Assembly (NCBI GenBank): GCA_000442015.1
Contig: KE561209.1
Location: 655,503-719,121, forward strand
Source of the DNA: Rozella allomycis CSF55
Taxonomy: Eukaryota
Reading direction: 5' to 3'
DNA: 63,619 bases
The position numbers were made by a program, and so were the translations under genes. The notes under the pieces are model-generated. The model ran no database searches. It worked only from the letters and a program-made list of their open reading frames with translations, and was not told the DNA's origin. Below are positions 1 through 10,041 of this stretch, one piece after another. Position 1 is the stretch's first letter. The number at the start of each line of letters is the position of its first letter.

Positions 1-1362
1 AACCAAAAACTTTGCAAATATAGTTTCAATACTTTCCTGAAACCAACCAAGATAAAAAGACCTGTTTCTCTTTACCAGAAAATCATCAATTTCATAAATG
101 CTCAATGAATGTTTCAAAAGACTAATAAAATTGCCCTTCATTTCGTTTATTTCAGCTTCAGTATTTAAAATTATTGGAATTATCACTCTTATTCTCTCCT
201 CTTTTAAACTATTGGCAATCACATATACTTCAGAATTTAGTTCATACGATACATGGGATTTCAAAATAGGTTTTGCAAAAGATCCTAGTCCACTCTCCGA
301 TGCAAACTGTGTGGTTATTGATGGCAATATTTCCGTGTAAAAGCGGTTCATGAATTTGGAATGCTTCATTATCTGATCCTCCAATTCTTTGAAACTAATC
401 ATTTCACCGATATTCAATCGAAACCCATGCTCATTTATTTCCGTTATTGCTCTATTCAATGCAGTCACTGCTTTTAAACACACGTGTTTTCCTTTGATGA
501 GCTTTGATGCTTCTTGCACTTTGCCTTTAACACACAAAATCGGTTCAATTATTTTCAGAGGTTGTGGTTCTATTATACTACCAACTATCATAGCTTTATG
601 ATAGTAATATTTCAGATCCTTGTCTTTGAAGTTTTTAGGGTTTGCTTTAAATCCTTTGGCAAGTTTGGGTAGTTCATCCAAAAATCTGCTTCTAATATAT
701 CTTCGTCTTTCATCTTTTGCTTCCTTCAAGGCTTTAAAATATTCACTTTCCTTGAAGAACGGAAACATGATTTTAGTGCATTTCACATTCAAGCATTCTC
801 CATTCAAACATATGACATCAAAAGATTTCGTTTCTGGGTGATACCTCTCAATCAAAACATCCGTACATTCAAACTTTGAATCATGTTGCCTATAAATCCT
901 AGAATGCTTCAGCCTATCACCTTTCTTCATAGAAAGCTCGTATTCAACATTCATAAAATACTCTAACCCCAAAATCTCCTCCAATGCACTCTGGTATTCT
1001 AAATACACCCTTATCAACGCACAATCCGATCGCATATCATCAAGATCAATCAAACTGTACCGGTTCTTCCTGCACGATTCATAAAACCCCTCCAGATTCA
1101 CACTCGAATGCTGCTTCATCTTTGATCTCGGCGGGAAACAGTCTGCGGGATTCATCGACAGTTTAAATGCTATTTCTTCAAGCTCTTTGAAATTGGCGAG
1201 ATTAGACTTTTCGAGAAATGATAGTTCGGCAGTTGGCGGGCGCTTCAGTTTGGAAACTAATTTTAGGGCGCTTTTGGAGGGTTTGTAACTTGCTTCGGTG
1301 AGATATTCGTCAAGGATGGATGGTGATGTGAATTGGTCTAGGGTGGGTAAAATTGGATCCAT
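1..1362 (-). CDS. 5' part of a large protein running off the window edge; possibly an axonemal dynein heavy chain N-terminal region
   Basis: ATG at 1362 (MDPILPTLDQF...), long open minus frame from about 950 to the edge; segment VLIERYHPETKSFDV...IMF...KEAKDERRR loosely resembles inner-arm dynein N-termini. Coding is well supported, identity is weak. Confidence 0.4.
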   Translation of the reverse strand, partial: MDPILPTLDQFTSPSILDEYLTEASYKPSKSALKLVSKLKRPPTAELSFLEKSNLANFKELEEIAFKLSMNPADCFPPRSKMKQHSSVNLEGFYESCRKNRYSLIDLDDMRSDCALIRVYLEYQSALEEILGLEYFMNVEYELSMKKGDRLKHSRIYRQHDSKFECTDVLIERYHPETKSFDVICLNGECLNVKCTKIMFPFFKESEYFKALKEAKDERRRYIRSRFLDELPKLAKGFKANPKNFKDKDLKYYYHKAMIVGSIIEPQPLKIIEPILCVKGKVQEASKLIKGKHVCLKAVTALNRAITEINEHGFRLNIGEMISFKELEDQIMKHSKFMNRFYTEILPSITTQFASESGLGSFAKPILKSHVSYELNSEVYVIANSLKEERIRVIIPIILNTEAEINEMKGNFISLLKHSLSIYEIDDFLVKRNRSFYLGWFQESIETIFAKFLV

Positions 1363-1521
1363 TTTGGCGTTGCCAGGTTGAAAAATTGTGTTCAAGTGCG
1401 AAAAATAGGAATTGTTTTGAAAAAAAGCAAATGTCATAAAATATAGTTAAATGAAAGTAAGTACAACGGACAGTACAGCCAGAATTGACCTAAACATTCT
1501 TGGGTGGCTAAGCTCCTAACT

Positions 1522-2304
1522 ATGCAGCAAAGTATTTTCACATATGATATCTTGAATAGATCAGATATACGCCCCTCTACCATTAAAAGTTAAAGCAGAG
1601 CTTTGTCTCCAAGTAATAATTAACAGTTATTAATACCAGAACGCTCCCGAGAATGTTTCGGATCTTTTCCCCACTGTAACAGATTCCTCAATCCAAGAAA
1701 AACTCAAATCTAAACAGATAATACTTGAAAATGCAAAAATTTCAAAAAAGAAGGTGAAGAAACCGAAAAGGATGGGACTGACTGCTGTTGAAAAAAGAAA
1801 GCTGAAAGCTTTTGAAATACCCAAGAATTATCAAAAGTATTATATTTTCCTGTTCTTCAATATAGGTATGAATGTTTTACAAAGTTGAATGAACTTTGGA
1901 ACGGTTATATTACTGAAGTTTTGCAGGATGAAAGGTAATGTTCGAGAATTCTTTAAGAGTAGTGGGGATTCGATGCTTGTCGCTTTAATCAAATCTGATT
2001 TGCATGGCGCGAAAATAAAGGTTCAGAGATCAAAGAATAAATCTGTCATAAACAAATCAGGAATTATTGTGAAAGAAACCGCAAACACATTCCAGATAAT
2101 AACAGAAGATGATAAACTGCAAAGTAAAACAAATTGATTCGGGGAATATAAGGTATCCCGAAAATGAATAGCGTGTTTTTATTAACCACGCCAATTGGCA
2201 AAAATTTTCTGTTATTTGGAAATAGCTTTTGCATTAAATCAGCCGAGAGAATAACCAAAAAGTTTAAACAAAAACCAATGATTGACTTTTTTGACTCGAA
2301 ATAA
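1522..2304 (+). CDS. POP4: RNase P/MRP subunit Pop4/Rpp29 (multi-exon)
   Basis: LNELWNGYI, KSDLHGAKIKVQRSKNKSVINKSGIIVKETANTFQII, IPKMNSVF, SAERITKKFK motifs joined across short GT-AG introns. Confidence 0.9.
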
Positions 2305-2396
2305 AAAGAAATAATAGAAAGCAATAAACTATTCTGATTTAAGTACTTATCAAAAAATAAATATTGGATACACATTTGGATTGATCGTTGCCATAA

Positions 2397-2627
2397 TGAC
2401 ACTGAGTCAAGGGACTAATTGGGATCGTAATATGAGAGAAAAATTTCAGGAGCCCAATGTAAATTTCAACACGACACTCGACTCGGCTGAAAGTCAACGA
2501 GGTCAAGCCCGAGCCCTGGTGCTGAGCCAGAGACCGGGACTCTCTGCCAGCCTTGGGTGATTTAATTTCGGCGTCAGTGTTCATCTCAAAAGGATGTTAG
2601 TCATTGTCACCAAATCACATGGTGGCA
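2397..2627. ncRNA. candidate structured non-coding RNA (unassigned)
   Basis: GC-enriched intergenic island closed by TGACACTGA (2397-2405)/TCAGTGTTCA (2574-2583), with three internal hairpins; no credible ORF. Confidence 0.35.
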
Positions 2628-2777
2628 TTTTCTTCCTATCAATGATTTTTTCTAACTCTACCTGAATCCCTTTTTCTTTAGTAAAATAGTAATTAACCAG
2701 ATTGACGATAGGGGATTAAGCAGGAAATACATATTGGATAATTTGAAGCCTCAATTTCAATTCTAAAATATTTTGAT

Positions 2778-3368
2778 TTATTTTGGAGTGATAGATGATG
2801 CGACCATAGCACTTGGAGTTGGGGCTGAATAAGATGATGCTTGGGGAGATGTGCTAGAGTCTAAAACAGGACTGCTATTGTATGAGGATGATGAATAAGG
2901 ATTATAGTTTGTGTCTGTGGTACCTAAAGTGGATGATCCCAAAGGAGGCGACATCGTTTGTTCGTTCTTATTGCTCTGTGCTAAACCTACTCCCAGAAGT
3001 AACGCCCCTCCAACCATGACCGAGGTTCCATGCTTCATATATTTTCTTTGCCAGCCGCCTATGTTTTTGTCTGTGTTTAGATAAAGTTGTCCGTTTGCAT
3101 CTGTATCTATTCGTGAGTACTTCGATTCCCCATTAGGTTTTACATATACTTTCTCGCCGTATTTTATTGTTTTTCCGTAAAATGTGTTACCCTGTTCATC
3201 TGCTACGGCCACGTTACCCTTTCGATACTTTGAAAAACCAAAATTATATCGTTTGCTTGTCAAGGAAGACTTGGGCATTGATGATACCGAGCTAAGAATT
3301 CTAGGAGGTAACGCCAACGAGGTAGAAAACATCAAGAAAGCGGTTAAAGTTTCAAGTGAAAGTTTCAT
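2778..3368 (-). CDS. secreted orphan protein, paralog of 3884-4762 (signal peptide, basic Ser-rich leader, beta-rich domain, Gly-rich hydrophobic helix, Ser/Pro tail)
   Basis: Intronless 196-aa ORF; signal peptide MKLSLETLTAFLMFSTSLA; aligns by eye to the 3884-4762 product. Confidence 0.8.
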   Translation of the reverse strand: MKLSLETLTAFLMFSTSLALPPRILSSVSSMPKSSLTSKRYNFGFSKYRKGNVAVADEQGNTFYGKTIKYGEKVYVKPNGESKYSRIDTDANGQLYLNTDKNIGGWQRKYMKHGTSVMVGGALLLGVGLAQSNKNEQTMSPPLGSSTLGTTDTNYNPYSSSSYNSSPVLDSSTSPQASSYSAPTPSAMVASSITPK

Positions 3369-3472
3369 ATGGCACTTTAGGGGTTGCTGTTAGAAATTTT
3401 ACATGGGAGTACATATATTTATCAATTCGTTACTAATTTTAAATTAATGATATTTTAAGCATTATTTTAGAT

Positions 3473-3790
3473 TTATTTCAATAATTCATCAAGTTGTACC
3501 TTTTCATTCATTAATTTTTGCCATTCTTGATCTAAATTCTCGCGTTTCTTTTCCCATTCGTTAGATTCTTGTTGCAAAACGGCCGTTTCTTTGTTTATTT
3601 TGTCTTTTTTCTTTTCTAATTCTTGGACTTCACGTTTTGCTTCCTCAATTTGGACTTGAAATTTGTCGGCGACTTCGAATAAGGTCTTCAGTTCATCTTT
3701 TGCCGCATTGATTCTATCGCGCACTGATTGAATTTTGAAATTAATTTCTGTGCTTCCCGTTTCTTCTGATTGATAATTCACGGTTTGCAT
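3473..3790 (-). CDS. small coiled-coil protein, unknown function
   Basis: 105-aa ORF, E/K/Q/L heptad-rich. Confidence 0.65.
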   Translation of the reverse strand: MQTVNYQSEETGSTEINFKIQSVRDRINAAKDELKTLFEVADKFQVQIEEAKREVQELEKKKDKINKETAVLQQESNEWEKKRENLDQEWQKLMNEKVQLDELLK

Positions 3791-3883
3791 TTTGTTTATA
3801 ACTATGGATGGTAAACAATTCAGAAATCAGACATCAAATTTAAATAGAGAAGCCATTATATTAAAAATGTGTGAATTGTTTAT

Positions 3884-4762
3884 TTAAATGCTACTTGGTA
3901 TTCCAGGAGCACCTGAATTCAATGGCGCCAAATTTGGCATGGAACTTTGTGAACCAATATGAGATCCCATTCCGGAACTTTGGGATCCAACATTTGGCCC
4001 CATCCCCATCGGAGTGATCGCAAAATTTCCGGAAACATCTGCGATATTATTAGTTGCCATGCCTGAAGTAGTATGCGTGGATGATGGGGTATGATTTAAG
4101 TCGGTCAAGCTTTCAATATCCATATCAAGATCTAAATTAGGAAGATGCAATGCGTTGTTGTCTACTTCAGCATTTCCACCAGGATTTGTCTTCGTATTGA
4201 TTGATTTATCTGTTGGGTCGGCGGCAAATTTTTCCACTTCCGCTCCGCTTATTTGCGCCATTTGAAGTTGATATTTTTTGTAATCTTCCATTTCTTGTTT
4301 AAATTTTTCTTCGTCTGCGTCTCTGGAACTTCCTCCGATCGCAGCGACAGCACCGAACATGGCAAGTCCGGCCCCTGTGGCAGCGAGTTTCGTACTGTGT
4401 TTCATCAGAGCTCTTCTCCTGGCACTTATAGTTTTGCTGGTATCAAATTCAATTTTCCCATCCTTTCCTTCAGCCAACCTGGTATAAACGTTTTTCCCTT
4501 TGCCATTGTCAACTTTGGCGAAATAGTCATCTTTGATCTTTAAGAGCTTCGCGTTATGAACTATCCCATTTGCGTCAGTAAATTCGAGGCTTCCTTTTTG
4601 ATATCTATTGCGAAGTCCATATAGTCGTCTGCCTGCTAGATTAGAGTTTTTGATTGCGTTGAAGTTATGTGATGCGAGAGCAGATCTCGGAACGACTGGA
4701 CTAGCACCTAACGCCATCTGTAGCATGATGGATAAAGATAATGCTTCAGTAATAAATTTCAT
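3884..4762 (-). CDS. secreted orphan protein, paralog of 2778-3368
   Basis: Intronless 292-aa ORF; signal peptide MKFITEALSLSIMLQMALG; shared motifs YxKG, DxxG, YxR, TxKxI, MKHxT plus Gly-rich hydrophobic segment. Confidence 0.8.
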   Translation of the reverse strand: MKFITEALSLSIMLQMALGASPVVPRSALASHNFNAIKNSNLAGRRLYGLRNRYQKGSLEFTDANGIVHNAKLLKIKDDYFAKVDNGKGKNVYTRLAEGKDGKIEFDTSKTISARRRALMKHSTKLAATGAGLAMFGAVAAIGGSSRDADEEKFKQEMEDYKKYQLQMAQISGAEVEKFAADPTDKSINTKTNPGGNAEVDNNALHLPNLDLDMDIESLTDLNHTPSSTHTTSGMATNNIADVSGNFAITPMGMGPNVGSQSSGMGSHIGSQSSMPNLAPLNSGAPGIPSSI

Positions 4763-4943
4763 GTTACAAAGGGGTATGTTTCAACCCCTTTTATATATAT
4801 CAAAAATTAATATGATTGGTTCACTAATTGCGTGGGATGTTTAGCACCAATAAAATGAGCCGCTAAAAATAATCAAAAATTACAATTGTTTTGAAGTAAA
4901 CTGTGACAATATTTTGATTACATTTCCTACCCTTGCATTGCCA

Positions 4944-5976
4944 ATGCTCACTTTCAAGCCACCTGAGGATTTACCTAAGCGGCGATCGGCAAAATCAGCT
5001 GGTAAATTATACTTAAAACTAAAAATAGATTCGACTAATTTTTTGAATGAACAAGTAGCGATCACAAATAAAGAAGAGACGAATAAGAAAGAAAGTTCAA
5101 GGAGGAAAAAGCCAACAAAAGCAAAAGAATCACCTAAAAATAATAATAAAGAGAATACAAACCAGAAAAAGTTGAAAAAAGAACCAAAGAGTGACACCAA
5201 GAATAAAATTTTGACAGAGACTTCAAACAATGGAGAAAAAGATATATCGAACGAAAATGTTAAAGTTGTTAATGATATAAGTACTATCAAGGAAGAAGTA
5301 ATGGAGACAAAAAATAATGAGCCTGAAAAATCAGAAGAGTGGCCCGAATTAGAATCAGTAGAGTCAAATATAGTAAGGAGAATTTTTCTAGATGAAAGGA
5401 TTGGAAAAAGAAATACGAGGATCTATTGTATAAACGAACAACGAAGTTGGAAAAGGCGTTACAAGATCAGATGAAGGCTTTTCAAGAAAGGGATAGGCGT
5501 AAATCATGATTAAAATATTAAAAAAGACCTAAAAAGGTTAGTAGAAGCGCTACAACTTGAGATGAAAAACATGGAAACTACATATACACAGGAAATAGAA
5601 ATCTGGAAAGAAAAGTTTAAATCGGCGTCGAAAATGAATAATGAAATTAATAAATCTATAAGCGTTATGCAACAGAAAATAACAGGCTTAAATGTTTTAA
5701 ATACGAAAGAAGAGCAAGATGAAGAATTCGGAACTGTTTTCCTGTACAAGTGTGTTTTTAATTGCCCACAAGGAAGTAACAGAAGATTTTAGGATAAAAA
5801 TAGAATTAGAGTTTTCTTTGAAGCAATTTCCGTCAGAGAGGTGGATTGATTACATTCCTGAAACAATTGCGCTAGTTGGAGATGCAGGGGTTTTTAAGAA
5901 TTCGATTGGATTTGAAGAATCCGAACTTTTTGCCTTTTTTGCTAGATTGGTACTTTTATCACACCAGCTTGAATAA
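4944..5976 (+). CDS. monopolin Csm1/Pcs1-like kinetochore protein (multi-exon)
   Basis: Low-complexity N-terminus and coiled coil, then KITGLNV...YKC...LEFSL...IDYIP...FKNSIGFEESELFAFFARL matching the Csm1 C-terminal RWD-like pattern. Confidence 0.65.
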
Positions 5977-6001
5977 AAAATAAAATTCAATGCTTTAAAA
6001 T

Positions 6002-7162
6002 TTATTTATTTTCAATTAAAGTTAAAATTTCTCTTTTCCATACACTTTCAGGACAATTTTCAATTATTTGTATTCCATCAAGAGCGATTAATGTTTCTTT
6101 AAGATCCTGAAATTCTTTTTCATCAATTATTGCTTTTTTAATACATTCTTTCAATATTTCTAACCATCTTTCTTTCTTTAAATTGCTATCTAAAGAAATT
6201 TGATGTAAAATTAAGACAGAAACTTCTGTGATCAATTCAAATGGTATTTTCCCAGATAAAATATTATAAAATGTATCAAAGAATGAATTACAAAGCTCAA
6301 AGCTCTCATGTAACCAAAGTCTGGCGAATTCAATCAATGAAGAAATGAAACAGACATTTACGTCATTTTTGAATGTAAAGTTGCAAAGTAAGTGAAAAAA
6401 TGAATTTAATATATCTTTTTCTTTTACTTGATCAAAGAAAATTAAAAAATCTTTCTCCGAAATAGAAATTTGGTCTCTTAAAATTAACAATCCAACTCCA
6501 TCAATTACATATGGTAGAGAAATTTCATTGGTGCGTGATTTTAGCCAATTGAGATCAAAGTCTATTTTTACATCTGATTCTTTTAGCGCCTTTTTTATCA
6601 ACAAATATCCGCATTCATCTAATTTCTCGACAAGTGCTTCTTCTTCATAGTCCACAAACTTTCTTTTATTAGTGGCTATATTATTTTCTAATAATGGTGT
6701 AGTATCATTTATTTGTGATGGTCCAAACATCTGTTCAATAAATGGTCGGATTAACTGCCCCAATGGAGTTTTCATTACATTTTCCGGTAACTCAACAATG
6801 TGACTCGGAATTCTTTTACCAGTTAAAAAGAAAGAAACATCATCGCTAAAGTGATTGCAATTCTGATCCAATAAATGATAACTATCCATCCTATATTTGC
6901 TTTGCGAAAGCTCACTCAAATATTCTTTAAATGTTGCCTCATCAATACAAGTTTCACCAATCTTAATTCTCTCAATGGTTGCTCCATAAATAGTTTCTCC
7001 TGGTCGACTATTAACATGAATTCCTTGGCCATAATAATATTCTTTCCTAAATACCACCACACTAGTATGATATATCGCGTCAATGTTCACTTGGAACATG
7101 GGGCCCAACTGCTTTGCCATACCTCTCGACAAATCATACACATAAAGGTAAACGTCTGACAT
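6002..7162 (-). CDS. DESI1: PPPDE/DeSI-family deSUMOylating/deubiquitinating peptidase
   Basis: VYLYVYDLSRGMA, IYHTSVVVF (catalytic His), YHLLDQNCNHFS (catalytic Cys). Confidence 0.9.
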   Translation of the reverse strand: MSDVYLYVYDLSRGMAKQLGPMFQVNIDAIYHTSVVVFRKEYYYGQGIHVNSRPGETIYGATIERIKIGETCIDEATFKEYLSELSQSKYRMDSYHLLDQNCNHFSDDVSFFLTGKRIPSHIVELPENVMKTPLGQLIRPFIEQMFGPSQINDTTPLLENNIATNKRKFVDYEEEALVEKLDECGYLLIKKALKESDVKIDFDLNWLKSRTNEISLPYVIDGVGLLILRDQISISEKDFLIFFDQVKEKDILNSFFHLLCNFTFKNDVNVCFISSLIEFARLWLHESFELCNSFFDTFYNILSGKIPFELITEVSVLILHQISLDSNLKKERWLEILKECIKKAIIDEKEFQDLKETLIALDGIQIIENCPESVWKREILTLIENK

Positions 7163-7177
7163 TTAGAAATTTCATAA

Positions 7178-9596
7178 ATGCGGATCATCCCGAAACACCG
7201 ATTTTTATCGGGGTTTCTAAAATTCAACAGCACAAATGAAATCATAGAAATGGATTCAATTGCCACTGAATTCTTTGAACTAAATATGGAGCGACGTTTG
7301 CTAGACTGTGCATTTGAATTGTTTCAAACAGAAATGGATTATTATAACGATCTTGTCGTTTTTGATACTGTAAAAAGAACCTATTCAGTTGATTAGATTT
7401 TTAGATCAGCACTAAAAGGAACGATCATAGCGAACATCTTTGATAAGATTCTGCCGATTATTAAATTGCATAAAAAGATACAAGAAGATTTAAATAGGAT
7501 TACAAATGCTAGGGATCTATTTGTAATGTTGCCTTTGATTCTAAATACCTACGCCTCAGAATTCGCATGCTACGAACCATATACCACAAACCAAGTTTAT
7601 GTTAGCAGCGAATTAGAAAAGGCGCGTAAAAATGATCCCTCGCTTGATAAATTGTTGTTGGTACTAATATTTATGAGTAGAAATAGCATTGTGAAGACGA
7701 TCCACGTTGCCGGCGTCTTGCATTGCAAAGTTTTCTAACAAGGCCAGCGACTAGATTAGCAAGATACCCTTTACTGATAGAAGCTATATTAAAACGAATG
7801 CCAGATTATACTGAAAGTGCTATATACCATGCGTATCTTGAATTTGAAAACTCTATTGCTGAAGTGTTGAGAAATATTGACAAGGAAACAGGCTTTCACC
7901 ACAACAAGGCAAGAATAGCGGCTTTAAAAGCGAATATGGAAATAAGAGATCCGAATATTAAAGATGTTGTAAAAATGAATTTATGAAACAAAAGGAAATA
8001 AATCTGGATGATCCCAATCGACGACTTGTCAGAGATGGTCTATTGAAACGAAGGCTAGGAATTGAAATTGTTGAAACTATCGTTGTTTTGCTGGACAATG
8101 TAATATTGTTTGGTAAAAAGTATGAATCTTTAAACGAAACGAAAATGGCGCTTCAAAAGATTGTAATATTTTTGCTTTATGAAGAGGAAGATGGATTTAA
8201 GATTTGTGATTGTTTCTTTAGAAGAGATAAATGAATCATCAAACGGCGCGGTTGTTAAATCATCAAGTGTGAAAAAGAATAGCTTCCATACTTCAATAAA
8301 ATCTGAATTACTGATTCGTCCGGGTAAATTTTTAATCTTATCATATAAAGTGACTAAGTTTCCAATCTTTCTTTATGAAGCAACAAGAAACAAAAAGGAT
8401 ATTCAACTTTTTGCATCAAACATGGCTGAACAAAGACAATGGATCAATGCCATTAAAAAACAAATTGAAGAAAACCAGAAAATTTCTTCAATTTATTCAT
8501 TTCAATTCGCTCAACAGTTAATGGGATTGAAGAACGAAACAATAAATTGTAGTCTTCAGATAACTAACCAGGGTAGAAAATACTTTTTATATGCAACAAA
8601 CTTGAATTTGTATTTCTTTGATTCTAAATTACATCAATTATTCGTACTTTTGCCATTTGAGGTAAAGAAAATGGACTATTATGAAGCCAAAAGTTGGTTG
8701 GCGGTTCTAAATTCTGAAAACAATCTTTTTATTTACCTATTTGATTTATTTTTTGAAGATAAAAATGCATTCTTGGAAAGATCGTCGTTGGTTAGTAAGA
8801 GGGTTAGTTTATTCGGGTTTGGGTGTTGCAACTCCAAATGGATTTTGGTTTGTATTAAAAATAGAAAATTAATGTCGCATATTAAAGTATAAGTTGTTTA
8901 ATTTATTTTACAGGTGTTTGAGCCTGTGTTAAACAATAGCGGTTTCTCTGTAGCTAGAATGTTCAAAAAGGGCAAAGAGAACTTAAAGCTTTACAGAGTA
9001 ATTGATTGTCAAATATACCAAAGAAATTGTATATTGCGTCCGAATCCTTGTCATTATTCTTTTTTAAAACAAAATTGTGCATTGGATGCAAGAAGGGTTT
9101 TGAGGTTGTTGACATTGAGACTATAACAACTCAAGGTAAATTGTATTTATACTACATAGCAGAACTTTTAGATCCAAGAGACCCAAATCTTGTGTTTGCA
9201 TTTCATGAAAATAGAATATTCAAACCATTGGCAATCTTTCGCCTCAATGAAACAGAATTCTTGCCTTGCTTCGACGGTTAACAATATTTTACTTCTAAAC
9301 TTAAGATTATGGATTCTTCGTGAATAAAACTGGAAAAAGAACTCGTGAAACTACAATTATGAAATGGAATGGTATTCCGCATTCGTTTAGTAAATACTAT
9401 AATCTTTTTTGTAACAGAAATGCATCAAAATCATCTATTCTGCTTTTGCGACGGAATAATTGAAATCTACGATATATCAACATGCCAGCTAGTTCAAGTT
9501 ATTCATTCAAATGGCGTGAAATTAGTTGATCGTTGTGATGAGCACCTAATCGTTACAGGCGACGATGGTGAATACTATCTATCAGATCTATACTAA
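7178..9596 (+). CDS. Rho GEF with DH-PH-CNH domains (Rom2/Rgf-like), multi-exon
   Basis: FELFQTEMDYYNDL, LQSFLTRPATRLARYPLLIEAILK (DH); RRLVRDGLLK...EQRQWINAI (PH); KLCIGCKKGFEVVD, PLAIFRLNETEFLPCFD (CNH). Start may be the ATG at 7250. Confidence 0.85.
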
Positions 9597-9628
9597 TTAA
9601 ACTTCTTCATAAATAAACCTATACGTAT

Positions 9629-9875
9629 CTATAATATGATAATATCTTGACGGACTTCGTTCGATTTATTAGTATATTTGTCTGTCAATCACAAACATTC
9701 CATTGCGTCGTCCGCGACTGCATGGTTATGCTCTTTTTCATCAGGTAATGTTGCCTGTTGGGGGGGGCTTGTGTTATTGCATTAAAGTGACTTGAGAATT
9801 TTTTAGGTTTCTAAAGTCAGAAATTGAACATACACGGTTACATACCTCAAGTTGTGTCACTTTGTTTTTGTCCAT
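9629..9875 (-). CDS. putative small spliced protein (~50-55 aa), unknown
   Basis: ATG at 9875 MDKNKVTQLE, GTATGT..TTTAG intron, then open frame KPKKFSSHFNAITQAPPQQATLPDEKEHNHAVADDAME. Confidence 0.35.
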
Positions 9876-10041
9876 TAAAAATTTAAAACACTGGCGGGTG
9901 TATCTCGCCATGATATTTTTATAATTTATTTTGCATAAATGTGTAAATGTAGTGCGCTTTTTTCATTTTGATTAATTATTTACTAGTGAATACTAGATGA
10001 CAATAGTTATATCTGCATTCAAAATTGCTGAATTTTCGGAA

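Noticed and set aside
2395..2426. ATGAC...AA...GAT resembling a SECIS core downstream of POP4
   Set aside because: Helix II would be only about 4 bp, and POP4 has no in-frame UGA
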